DNA from: Octopus sinensis
Taxonomy: Eukaryota
Assembly: GCF_006345805.1 (NCBI RefSeq)
Contig: NC_043007.1
Span: 4,216,001-4,280,000 of the forward strand
Direction of reading: 5' to 3'
DNA: 64,000 nucleotides
Shown: in pieces, positions 23,946 through 35,565 of the stretch
How positions within the stretch are numbered: position 1 is the stretch's first letter
Layout of the letters: the number at the start of each line of letters is the position of its first letter
The notes under the pieces: model-generated
The model's input: only the letters and a program-made list of their open reading frames with translations
Databases searched by the model: none
Told to the model about the DNA's origin: nothing
Position numbers and translations under genes: made by a program

Positions 23946-26900
23946 AAGTGCCAAGAAAAGCAAAAAAAAAAGAAAAGAAATAAAACAGGAAAAGGGTGTA
24001 ACAAGGTATGCTGTTTAAATATTAGTAGACTATAAAGGTAGAGCTTTTCAAGCTTGGCTGCAATCCATGTGAAGTGTGATAATGTAGTATTTGAAGTGTG
24101 ATATCATAGCTGTTATATGAAAATGTAATATATTCAGGTGAACACATTGATTTCTTTTGGTAAGTGCCACAGAGTAAGAGAGTAATAAACACATGCCAGG
24201 CTGAATAGATGGACTGCTTTCAATTCTTCGCCAGATAATGCTATTTCATCTTGTTTATGCTGCTAATATCCTTTAGAAAGGCATGAACATCACACAGCAT
24301 CCTATTTCTCCTGGTCTACAGTTTTGTGTTTAATAACAAGAGTAATCAAAAGTAGTCTTGCAACGAAATCAAATGCGTTTTTCTTTGTTGTTGTTGTTGT
24401 TGTTGTGGGGTTTTCCCCTAGGGGTGCCCTAATTGAGCAGACTTATGATCAAAGGTGTTTCCACAATGACTACTCTGTCTTTTATTCAGGCATAATGTAG
24501 CATGGACTATATTACCTAACATATCCTTCCTATTTTAAGATGATAAGATGTGATTTTAAAGGGATTTGACTGCTATATCTAGCAGATTGTGGAGCCTTAC
24601 ACTCACATGATGGCTTCTATGTTTTTGTTTTCATTGTTCATCTTTCGTTGATTTTATGAACACAGGGATTATTTTGTTGCTGTTTGTTGTTATTTAACCC
24701 TAGGTCAACCCCAACTAAGCAAATCTATGTTCAAAAGCATTCCAGTTATGACTTCTAATCGTTTTTGCAGGATATCAATGTTGGAATACATCATCTAATT
24801 TGTCCTTCAAAATGGTAAAGTGTGAATTGGGGGATGTTTACCTGTTATTTCTAGTGGGTCAAGTCACTACATAAAGGGTTCCCTCATCTGCTGTGATTGA
24901 TTGAGATTGGTGACACTTCTCATTAGCATTGTGTTCTTCATATTTTGTCATGAGAAAATGAAACTGACTTTGAACATGAGTAGCATAAATGCAAGATAAG
25001 GAATGTCTGCACTGAACTTGAGGCGTTAAGATTTAGACTGTGCCACAAGGGTCTGGAGGTGCCGTAGGACTTTATTTCCAGAGCAGCACTGATTGAGCTG
25101 GAATTGAACTTACATCATAATGATTACTTATTTAAGCTACGACCAGCAAATCTTTTGATTTAGGAAGTGTGTAACCTAGACTACATTATCCAAAGTGTCT
25201 TTTGTTTTTAAAAGACAGTAGTGTATAGTTTTACAGTGATTTAACTGTTATCTCCAGCAGGTAGAGCAGCCACATAGAAGATCTTTATTGGATTGATGAA
25301 AAACTCGTGCAAAGATGGAAAGTGAAGTTAATGAGAGTGATTTTTAAATTTGTAACTTGAACTGGCGAGATTAAACGTAATGTATTTAGTCAGCCATCCT
25401 CGCTTCTTGGTGAATAATGTTGATTTTATTTGGCTTCTTCCAAGACTAATATCTGTATAGCAGGATAATTGTTATTTGAACTTATTGCATAATTCGTCAA
25501 TAAGATATGCTGTACTTATATTATTGACACTAGAGTTATAAAACTTAAATTAATCCTAGTGGCACTTGAACACAGAACTTTTCTGACAATTTGGCTCAAA
25601 GCTTCACACACGTGGAAGGTCTTAGGTAACCTAATTCATCCCCAGTACATGTTTTTATGTCAGTACATTAAAAAAAGAAAAAGCTATAATAATGAATCAC
25701 TGCACCAACTATAACAAAAAATGCATATTATCAATTGCATTGATTGCAGTATATATTACTGGTACTTATTTTATGAACCACACAAAGCTATGAAAAGTAA
25801 TAGTGATGTTTGAATGTAAAACTGGGAATCATAAAAGTAAATACTGCAATGCATATTGCTGCCATGCTCTACAGATTCTGACAAATGATATTAATAATAA
25901 CATCTATGAATCATTGATGAGTAGAAATTTACTATCTTAGGTGAAAATAATATGATTATCATGGGATTATATAATATGCAAAAACATGATAAGCATTCAT
26001 GATATATTAAAATTTGATATCTGAGGTAATATTACTATTGAAAGTAATAATGTAATATTTGAAGTGTAGTATTAGAATGAGTGTGGGTTTTTTTTTTAAT
26101 ATTTTTTCTCTGTGCAATTTAGACTTATTGCTTTTTGTTAGAAATATTGTTCGTTCAGATTAAGGTGCATGCATGATGAAGTGTGAAGTGAGGTGGTTAG
26201 CTCTATGCCAAACTCCTTTGTTTGAGACGAGCAATTGTTTAATGTATAACTGAATTAGTAGATAGTTTTATACTATCTCAATTTAATCTACCCAATACAC
26301 CTGTCTCTCATTATTCATAGTGTGTCTTGCTCTTACCCTCTGGCATCGCACAAACCACTCCCACAGATGTTAACTTACAGATGTTTAAACTGAATAGCAA
26401 CCACATCAGTTTCACTAGTCTCAGAGATTCTGCAACAATTACGGATATTATCTCTTCCTGTTGGTTAAATCCATAAAAGCAAAATGGCTCAGTGAACATT
26501 GATAGTACAACAAACAGTTAACATAACATTTGACTAGGCTAAGCCCATTATATAATCAGTCATCTAATCAAGATATTGAGGATCAGAAAATTTAATCTTT
26601 CATCTTTATGTGACTTCAGTTCTATAACTCTTTCATAAATAGAATTTTATGGGGTGTGAAAAAATCCAAGAATTCTTCCAGTTTTATTTTTTTTATTAAA
26701 AGGTCTTTTATCTGCTCCTATCTTGTCCAATCCCCTCTGTTGACCAGCTTTCAAGTCATCTTTTCCTAGTTTTGCAATATCCATCAACAGATAGTACCAG
26801 TTGGCTTCTTCATGATACCAAAGTGATCCAGGTTTTCTCTCTCAGCCAAAGAAGAACTACAAGCTAATTCACTACTTGTCATTTTCACAGTATTCCTATT

Positions 26901-27055
26901 GTTTGCAGCAGCAGCAATTTTCCACCGTTCTGTTATGTCTGTTTTAGACTCATTGATCCGGAGTTTACGTGTCTGGGCAACAAACACAATGCAATACCAG
27001 TGACATAGCTTGTGACTAATGATTGTTTATTCCCTAAGAAGATCTGAACGAATTT

Positions 27056-27460
27056 CTTATTTCTTTATTGCCCACAAGGGGCTAAACCATAGAGGGGACA
27101 AACAAGGACAGACAAAGGGATAAAGTCGATTACATCAACCTCAGTGAGTAACTGGTACTTAATTTATCGACCCCGAAAGGATGAAAGGCAAAGTCGACCT
27201 CACCAGAATTTGAACTCAGAACATAACGGCAGATGAAATATTTATTTCTTTACTACCCACAGAGAGGACAAATAAGAACAGACAAACAGATTAAGTCGAT
27301 TATATCGACTCCAGTGCATAACTGGTACTTATTTAATCGACCCTGAAAGGATGAAAGGCAAAGTTGACCTCGGCGGAATTTGCACTCAGAACCTAGTGGT
27401 AGACGAAATACTGCTAAGCATTTCGCCTGGCATGCTAATGATTCTGCCAGCTCACTGTGC
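27056..27460 (-). mobile_element. Tandem pair of Meta-domain-like SINEs (one headless) under one degenerate TSD
   Basis: Two bodies at 27056-27240 and 27241-27460. ctgaacgaattt (27044-27055) and ctgaacaaattt (27461-27472) flank the pair. Confidence 0.8.
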
Positions 27461-27619
27461 CTGAACAAATTTTTTTAGAGCTTTGGAGATGTTTCTAGAA
27501 ACTTCTCATTCATTGGCATTAGTAGGTGATGGGAATGGTATATTAGATATACACAGGGATTGTGTGAGAGTAGTTGAGGATAAGATATATAGTGCAAAAT
27601 CCTTGCAAATCTAATCAGG

Positions 27620-27729
27620 CAGTTTTAACTGTCTGACATAAACCACGGTGGGTCAACCAGATTGTAATTAGAATTTTTGTCAGGTTTGTTGATGCACTCA
27701 ATCTGGTTTATGCCTGACAGTTAAAACTG
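27620..27729. mobile_element. Small MITE-like foldback element
   Basis: cagttttaactgtc-tg-acataaacca (27620-27645) pairs with tggtttatg-cct-gacagttaaaactg (27704-27729). Confidence 0.6.
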
Positions 27730-27844
27730 GCCCTAAATTTCAGGCCTCGTGCCTATAGTAGAAAGGATTATTACTGGCCAGTTGTGTTTGCTATTGTATT
27801 AGCAGCTGTCTGTTGCAGTTTGCTGCTGATTTGAAATTGTGTGA

Positions 27845-28390
27845 GCTGAAGAGTGATGATTCTGCTGGGGAAAGATCCTGACAAAGGGAACATAACGGAC
27901 AACTTCAGTGCCATAACTCTGCCCAGTACAGCCCTAAAGACTTTTGCAAAGCTACCCAACTAGCAGCTGGTGCTTGTTATCGGTAGTGTAGTGGGAGATG
28001 CACAAACTTGTGTGATCCCCCAGTAAATCTAATTACAAGAAACTCCATTTCCTGTGATGCTTCATAGAGCTGGTTGGGACCAGATTTAAAACTTTGGTGG
28101 GGCTCTGATTAATTTGAATCAGTCTAAAGCCTTGAACAAAGCTGATTGCTGCTACCTTGTGACTGTTCTCCATCTTCAGAGACTGGACTGTTACAATTTA
28201 GAGCAGCATCTGTTTGGTGGTCTGACTTCTTGGAACTATTTTGCACTGTATGTTCAGTCTTTCAAGAATGATCCCCACTCCCTTCTTCGTGTGAAGGCTG
28301 GAAATTTTGAGAAACATCCTGCTCAGACAGGAACACAGCAGAGTTTTGTTTGCAAAAGCAGAATTCATTGCATCAAACATTTTGGAAATT
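27845..28390 (+). mobile_element. Decayed L1/Tx1-like RT N-terminal fragment
   Basis: ILLGKDPDKGNITDNFSAITL...VGDAQTCVIP and GGALINLNQSKAL (motifs L.K......NFRPITLLN and LDQSKAFDRV). Confidence 0.75.
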
Positions 28391-29559
28391 GAGTGGGGTC
28401 AGAACCATACTAAAATGGTATCAGAAGGGACACAATAAAGAGATAAATGGATGCCTAGAACAGAAAAAATTGAACTTTACTAAGTTTACTCAATAGAGCA
28501 AAAGTATTTTCTTTGCATTTCTTACCAACAAAGGACTTCATAATAATAATATCGCCATTACCTGAGTTAAAAAAGAAAACGTTCGTTATGAGATATTTTG
28601 TTGTGTACCTTTATTTTTCTAAGCATGCATTTTGTTCATTGCTTGCTCAATATAGTCACATCTGCTGTACTAAAGGGAGGTGTTAGTCACATCAGTAGTT
28701 GTAGTATGTCTCCAAAATTTTGGCAGATACAAAAACAGAGAGAAAAAAAAACTGAAAAAAAGTGACACTTAAACAGTCAATAGTAGAGGCAGTTATGATT
28801 TTAGAAGTAGTAGAAGGAAAAAAAATAAAGATGTGAAAATGTGAATTTAATGGACAGCTACAAAAGCACCATCATTCACACCATAGTGATGACGATGACT
28901 ACCACTTCCTCCTCCTCCACCACCACCACCACCACAACAACAACAACATCCTTTCTTAAAACTGTAAGCCAAAAAGAGTTACTAGATGTGGATCAATATC
29001 GAATAAAAGAAAAATTCATAGAAGCTACATAACAAAAGAAGGGGTAAGGAGAAAGTGGAAGACCTTAGATTTTCAGCAACTTTCCAAAGTGTAAAGGGCT
29101 TCCATGTGCCCTTGAATGAAGATTTAGTGGAGACCCTGGCCAATGAATGGCAGTTTGTGTGCTCCATCGTTAAGGTCAGTGTGCTACACATCTGTCCACT
29201 GACTGGTATTGCAATTCATGGGAAGAAGGATTTCAAGGGCCACAACCGGAGATACCAATGTTGACGCTTGGCTTGCCTAGAGGATGTGAAACTCTTCAAA
29301 TAAAAATTTAATAGATATAAGTAAAAGAAAAAGTGGGAAAGTTCAGTTTGCAGAAAGTGAGAGTGGAAGATGGCTTGAAGTGAGGGATGCCCTGATCCTC
29401 ACCTTTTTTTGCCAAGCACCCTATATATTTTATGTATGTATATCCCTGCATGTTTTGTAACCATTTTGTATAACTCATTTTTTTATGGAATTTATGGGCC
29501 TTTGGAGTCAAAGAAAAATTCTTCATCATCATCATCTTCTTCTTCTTCTTCTTCTTCTG

Positions 29560-30950
29560 CAGTTTAGGTTTGCGCCAAGGAAAAGCACCACTGATGCTAT
29601 ATTTCTGGTAAGACAGCTGCAGAAGAAATACATAGCCAAAGATAAACCTCTGTACCTGGCTTTTGTTGACATGGGAGAAAGCCTTTGGCAGGGTCCCCTG
29701 ATCCCTTATCTGGTGGTCAATGTGGAAACTAGGGACAGATGAGTGGTTAGTGAGAGCTGTAGGAGCTATGTACAGGGATACTGTCAGTAAGGTGAGGGTT
29801 GGCAACGAGTACAGTGAAGAATTCTGGGTAGAGGTAGGAGTCCACCAAGGATCAGTACTCAGTCCCTTCTTATTCATCATAGTCCTCCAAGCAATAACAG
29901 AGGAATTCAAGACAGGATGCCCCTAGGAGTTTCTCTATGCTAATGACCTTTCTCTAATAGCTGAGTCACAATTAGAACTAGAGGAGAAGTTTCAGGTGTG
30001 GAAGCATGGATTAAAATCGAAGGGCCTTAGAGTCAACCTAGCTAAAACCAAAGTCTTGATAAGTAGGAAGGCAGACAAATCACAAATCCCTTTAGGTAGA
30101 TAGCCCTGCTTGATCTGTAGAAAAGGCTTAAGTAGAAACTCCATAAGATGTACATGGTGTAAGCTATGGACCCATAAGAAGTGCAGCAATATTAAATTAA
30201 GGCTAACTTGGAAGATAGTGTTTGTGTGTAGCAAGTGCTCAGGGGCAATAAACACTGAAAATGTGTAGAAAACAGCTTCCGTCACATGCCAGGGGAAAAA
30301 AAAAACTAGAAGTAGTTGATAGCTTCTGTTACCTAGGTGACAAGTCAGTAGTGGGGGTGGATGCTCTAAGAGTGTAGCTTCTAGAAGAATAGCCTGGGCA
30401 AAGTTCAGAGAGCTCCTACCTCTGCTGGTGACAAAGGGCCTCTCACTTAGAGTAAAAGGTAGACTGTATGACACGTGTATGAACAGCAATGCTACACGGC
30501 AGTGAAACATGGGCCATGATTACTGAAGACATGCCTAACCTTGCAAGGAATGAATCTAGTATGCTCTGCTGGATGTGTAATGTCAGTGTGCATCAAATGT
30601 GGTGTGCAAGAGAGACGATTGCACTGGTATGGTCATGTGTTGCATATGGATGAGGACAGCTGTGTGAAAAAGTGTCACACCCTAGCAGTAGAAGGAACCT
30701 GTGGAAGAGGTAGACCCAAGAAGAACTGGGATGAGGTGTTGAAGCACGACATTCGAATGTTGGGCCTAACAGAGGCGATGACAAGTAACCAAGACCTTTG
30801 GAGATATGCTGTGCTTGAGAAAATCCAGCAAGCCAAGTGAGACCATAACCGGGGCCTATGTCAGTGTAGCATAATCGGCCCATTTAAGAGTACCTTTCAA
30901 TCATTGGGCAATAAACTGTACTTGTGAAGACTTGTTGAGTCAAGTGTTCA
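29560..30950 (+). mobile_element. 5'-truncated RTE-clade LINE (RT with PHD-like insert), frameshifted
   Basis: QFRFAPRKSTTDAIFLVRQLQKKY...LAFVDM; VGVHQGSVLSPFLFIIVLQAITEEFKTGCP; LYANDL; RRLHWYGHVLHMDEDSCVKKC...GRGRPKK. Confidence 0.92.
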
Positions 30951-31935
30951 TCTCCTTGAAAGAGCTACAGTCCTGAATCAAGCAGAGACTGAGGCAGAAC
31001 ACATGACACCTAGAGTGTTGTCATGGCATCACAGTTCTCTGTCAGTCTAGCAGTGTGGCCAGTGGAAGCTCCATGTTTGAGTTCTGTAGAAGAATAGTGG
31101 CTAGAAAGTGTGATGACGTTCTTGAGGAGACTGCATCAACAAGAGTCAACTGGTTTGTTCTGGAGGACTTTGGGGCCAGGGATCATTTCTGGTTTGGGAT
31201 AAACTCTACAAGCATGGAAGTTCCATTAGCCAGGTTGCCCAAGATGTGCACAGAGCTATAAAACTATTCATCATACTCTTGTCCAGTATCTAAGCCTTGC
31301 TGACTTGTGGGTTTATGTTAGTCACCTGCTGTTACATGTAGGACAGGCTCAGCTATCAGTGGAGTCTATTGTGAAGATCATCCTGCCTCCTTCTTTTGGT
31401 CAAGAAGAGCAGGCAGTGTTTGTTCGTCTGGTAATCTCAGTGAAAGAGATTGTGTGGTGGTCCAGATTGAAAGGGCCGAAGACAGACACTTGCCTCTTTG
31501 GTCAAACCCTCATCAACTTTTTCAAGTTTCGCTACAAAAGGAAAGTGAGGGGAGAGAGAGAAGCGCTGCGTCCCAGCAGTTTTGTTGACGGGGTAGTGAA
31601 TGTAGCAAAAATGGGGTGAGTGAATGGGCCTACTCTAAGCTTGTGGCTATAAATTGAAAGAAAATGATGTGGAAAGGGCACTTGCCCCAATGGTCAGGGT
31701 GATTGTGGTTTTGTAGAGATTTCACAAGCAACCATGGGAAGCCTCTGTCTTTTGGGGTTTTATTCATTGTTGAAATTTATGTCATCGCCATTTCTCTACT
31801 TATTACATACCTCTTTATGTAACCCCACATTATATTGTCCAGCATCGTCCCCAACGTTTTTTGTAAACCCTTAATGGTGAATAAAGAAAGCAATATTTTA
31901 TTATTACTATTATCATTATTATTATTATTACTATT
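30951..31935 (+). mobile_element. L1/Tx1-like LINE 3' end with 3'UTR, AATAAA and (ATT)n tail
   Basis: ORFs 31055-31261 and 31305-31619 are homologous to 34892-35299 (KCDD.L.ET). aataaa near 31880 is followed by (att)n. Confidence 0.7.
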
Positions 31936-32309
31936 ATTATTCATATTTCCTTTTGTATATTTCAGGATTTTATACCAGAGACTGTTACCTTTAAGAACAG
32001 AATAAAACAACCAGATAGTTTGGGAGGACCTTGATCATTGCTTTATAATAGCTTTTGGTGTTTACCCTTGATGTCCCACACCCTTTTCAGGTATTGTTAC
32101 TATTATTATTATTGTTGTTGTTGTTTTATTACTATGTTCTCGACTTGCCATTTTTCAGTTTTGCTTTGTGCATTTCCTTTATTTAACCAACAACAATGAA
32201 CGGCCAATTGAATTGGTGTCAGTTTGAACATGCACATCAGTGCACAGCTTCACTGAAATAATCAGGAGGGCGTTTCTATCATTGTTATTTGGCTTGATAT
32301 CATGTCACA

Positions 32310-32343
32310 ATTCTGTATATGCATATATATATGCATATATATA

Positions 32344-32399
<56 letters not shown>

Positions 32400-32400
32400 C
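32310..32400. repeat. (TATGCATA)n/(TA)n microsatellite
   Basis: Direct reading. Confidence 0.9.
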
Positions 32401-33484
32401 ATACACTTATATATATATTTATTCATATGTGCATATTGATGCATGCTCTGTAGGCGTATTTATATATGCTGTGTATGCATGTATGAATGAATGCATATTA
32501 CTATGAATGTATGCCTTCTGTGAGTGTGTGTCTCGTTTGTGTGTGTGTGTGTTTGTGTATTTGTGTTTGTTTTTTTGTGTGTAGTTGTTTGTGTAATTAG
32601 CTCTATAGACCAGCTGTTTATTTTGTATGTCATAGACAATGTAATAATACCATTAAGGCTAATTAATTAAATAGCGGAAACTTCATTTAATCCTTTCAGT
32701 AACATTATCCATGGCCACTTTGTAATTGGATATATGTATGTTTGCATGGTGATTTATGAGTATGGGTGTATGTACACATACACACACACACACACACACA
32801 TATACACTCACACACATATACACTTACACACAAAAACACACTTGCATGGACTCACATACACACACATCCATTAGATATAATGAATGGGAGAAGAAGCACT
32901 CAATACAAAAGTAGAGTGTAAAAGTTCATTTAGACTGATCCAGAGCTCTTTCAACTCTGGAGTTTCCCTGACAATTATTACCTATAAGACAGAAAAAACA
33001 TAATATAAATTAATTGTAGAGAAAGAAATATACAGGGGTAATTAGATAGTGCAATGCCTCAATGGCCATTAGTTTCATTTGAAGGCTAAAACAATTCGAA
33101 GTGCATTGTGACCAGCGATGTGTAGCAACATCTGGTAGCCTGGTCGGTCACGATGATCACGCGATATATGCATGTAACCTGCATCTTGTATGACTGGCCT
33201 GGAGATCTGTGGTATTCTCCATGTTGGATCTGTGAAAGATTTGGAAAAGAAACTCTAAATGTAGAGTCAATAACATAGAATTTAAATGCCTCAAAGTAAA
33301 CCAATCAAAGACAAAAGTTTTACTTAACAGGAAAGAAGACAAGACTCTATTGCCGTTCTAAGAAGTTGCCATGCTTGATATGCATAAAAAAGAGTCGGGA
33401 GAAATTCCACAAGATGTCTTCAGTATAAAATATGAGAGTACAAGAGGTGAAATGAGGTGACTGACTGATCATACTTATCTTTAA

Positions 33485-33523
<39 letters not shown>

Positions 33524-33852
33524 TGTTGTGGGTGTGTAAGAGAGTGTGTATGCATACAGACACACATTTACCCTTTGTTGCTTGACTAAAAATAACAATA
33601 CTTTTTTTCTAAGATCAACTATTATTGGTATTAAAAACATTGTTATCTTCATCAGTAGGATCAGCAACAACAACAACAACAACAACCTCTATTATGACTG
33701 CATTATTAGAACCAACCTTTATACAAAAGCAACTCACACACACATATACATAAACACACACACATACACATATATATATGTGTATATATATATATGTATG
33801 TGTATATGTTTACATATGTATTTATTTGTGTACTTACACACTCACACACACA

Positions 33853-33897
<45 letters not shown>

Positions 33898-34289
33898 CGT
33901 ACACTCATCATTTATGAAAATAATCAAAGATTGATTTCATAAAATTAATTCAATTCATGTAATGCCATTAGTTTGGATATTTGGTTGTGGTTCTGATTGT
34001 GAAAATATCTCTTAGATATCTTTCTGATTATATATCTAAATGTTATCGACTTCACCATTGAAGTAAAGATGCAAAAACAAGAAAGATGGCAGTGTAGTCT
34101 TTCAAGTTGATGCAAGAAAAGATAAAAGAAATTATGAAAGAAATATCGCAAGAAAGAAAGAGATAAAAAGGGCAATTAAATCATTTCTACATAATATTGA
34201 TTTCTTTGAGAAATACAAGTTCTACTACTACTGCTGCTGCTGCTGCTACTGCTGCCATTGTTACTGTTGTTGTTATTATTATTATTATT

Positions 34290-34490
34290 ATTATTAGTGC
34301 AGTGTGCTGGCAGAATCATTAAGACATTGGACAAAAATGCTTGGCAGCATTTTGTCCATCTTTACTTTCTGAGTTCTAACTCCACCAAGGTTGACTTTGT
34401 GTTTCATCTTTTCTGGGTCGATAAAATAAGTACCAGTTGAATACTGGGGTCGATGTAATCAACTTAGCCCCGAAATTGCTGGCCTTGTGC
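34290..34490 (+). mobile_element. Decayed Meta-domain-like SINE
   Basis: ctggcagaatcattaag...gagttctaactccaccaaggttgactttg...gggtcgataaaataagtaccagttg. Confidence 0.75.
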
Positions 34491-35310
34491 CAAAATTATT
34501 ATCGGCACCTGGAGAGGCAAGTCCATGCTGTCCAACTACATGGTGGGGTGCTGGACAGACAGTCCCGTTAAGTTGCTCAGGGTTTGTTTTGGTCCAGTCT
34601 CCCAGGTGGAGAAGAACTGGGACAAGGTGACAAGCAGGGTAGCCAATTTCACCCAGAAATGGGCCCGAGAGAAAGCTGTCCCTGAAAGGTTAAGCAGTGA
34701 TGGCGAACGCGTACATCACACCCGTCATCTATTACTACTTGACAGTCGTCCCTTGCCCTGTTTGCTGGTTGACCAAGCTGATGCACTTACTCTTCTGCTT
34801 TCTGATGGTGGGGGCGTGCAGTCCACTGGTCAGGCGCTCCATCTGCTGTCAACACCCGCTAAATAGAGGGCTGGGTATACTGTGATTACTGATGCACAGA
34901 CATGCACTGCGGTTGCGGCATCTCCAGCGTTTCCTTGATGGTGAGCAAGTATGGTCACTGTTTGTAAGACACGCTTTTCCACAGCTCGTCTCTTTAACTG
35001 AGCTGCAATCCTGGATGAGGCATAGATCGAGGATGGGTGCTTGGTACTTCGACTGCCGTCAAGTGCTCACAGCCCTCAGCCAGGTGGGTGATGTGGTCAG
35101 TGGTAGTTCTACTCTAGTGTTCTATAGAGGGCTAGTAGAGGGAAAGTGCGATGACATTCTCAGAGAAACTCTGGGCATCGATGCAGATCAACTAACCAGT
35201 CTGTTTGAGAGAACTTTTGGGACTGGGCCTACGGATAACTTCCGTGCCTGTAAAATTTATCCTGATCAGGCAGTGCCCCTCGGTAGCACTGCCAGGTAAG
35301 GGATTTCAGA
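34491..35310 (+). mobile_element. L1/Tx1-like ORF2 fragment (RT thumb and downstream)
   Basis: QVEKNWDKVTSRV...KW; ANAYITPVIYY.LTVVPCP; VRRSICCQHPLNRGLG; HALRLRHLQRFL (typical GGLG motif downstream of the RT in L1-type ORF2). Confidence 0.8.
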
Positions 35311-35412
35311 CCTAAGGTTTGGTGGAAGATTTTAATTCAAAACTTATGAAAACAAGAAATGTGTACTCAGAGCCAGAGCCGGTTTCAGTTGGGTTGGTAA
35401 CGAAAGGGTTAA
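35311..35412 (+). mobile_element. Right half of piggyBac-type MITE
   Basis: Matches 51730-51829 and ends gtaacgaaagggTTAA. Confidence 0.7.
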
Positions 35413-35419
35413 TTGTTAT

Positions 35420-35565
35420 TTATATTGTTTACACATTGTAAAACCCATTGTACTGTACTGTTTTTGTCTTTTATGCTGTTGTATGTCTTTTAATGTAATT
35501 TTATGTGAGCCTTTGTGGCCAATAAAAGAATGAATTATTATTATTATTATTATTATTATTATTTT
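35420..35565 (+). mobile_element. LINE 3' tail fragment (aataaaa plus (ATT)n)
   Basis: tgtgagcctttgtggccaataaaagaatga-(att)n has the same architecture as 31860-31935. Confidence 0.4.

Noticed and set aside
23915-23960. Hammerhead-like tgttgaaaag...cttgaaagtgcc
   Set aside because: The core does not fit CUGANGA or a compensated variant, and I found no stem I or NUH.
26173-26253. C/D box snoRNA (ATGATGA ... CTGA)
   Set aside because: No terminal stem and no rRNA-complementary guide recognised; short boxes arise by chance.
26784-26987. Possible host exon (ORF MFVAQTRK...)
   Set aside because: No recognisable domain or splice evidence; the length is compatible with chance.
28950-29300. ORF 29055-29264 as a gene or LINE 3' end
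   Set aside because: It could be a decayed L1-type tail (aataaa follows), but no motif could be pinned down.
32935-32980. Hammerhead-like minus-strand aactc-ca-gagtt-GAAA-gagctc
   Set aside because: A stem II plus GAAA and a palindrome are present, but no recognisable 5' core or stem I. At best a decayed relic.
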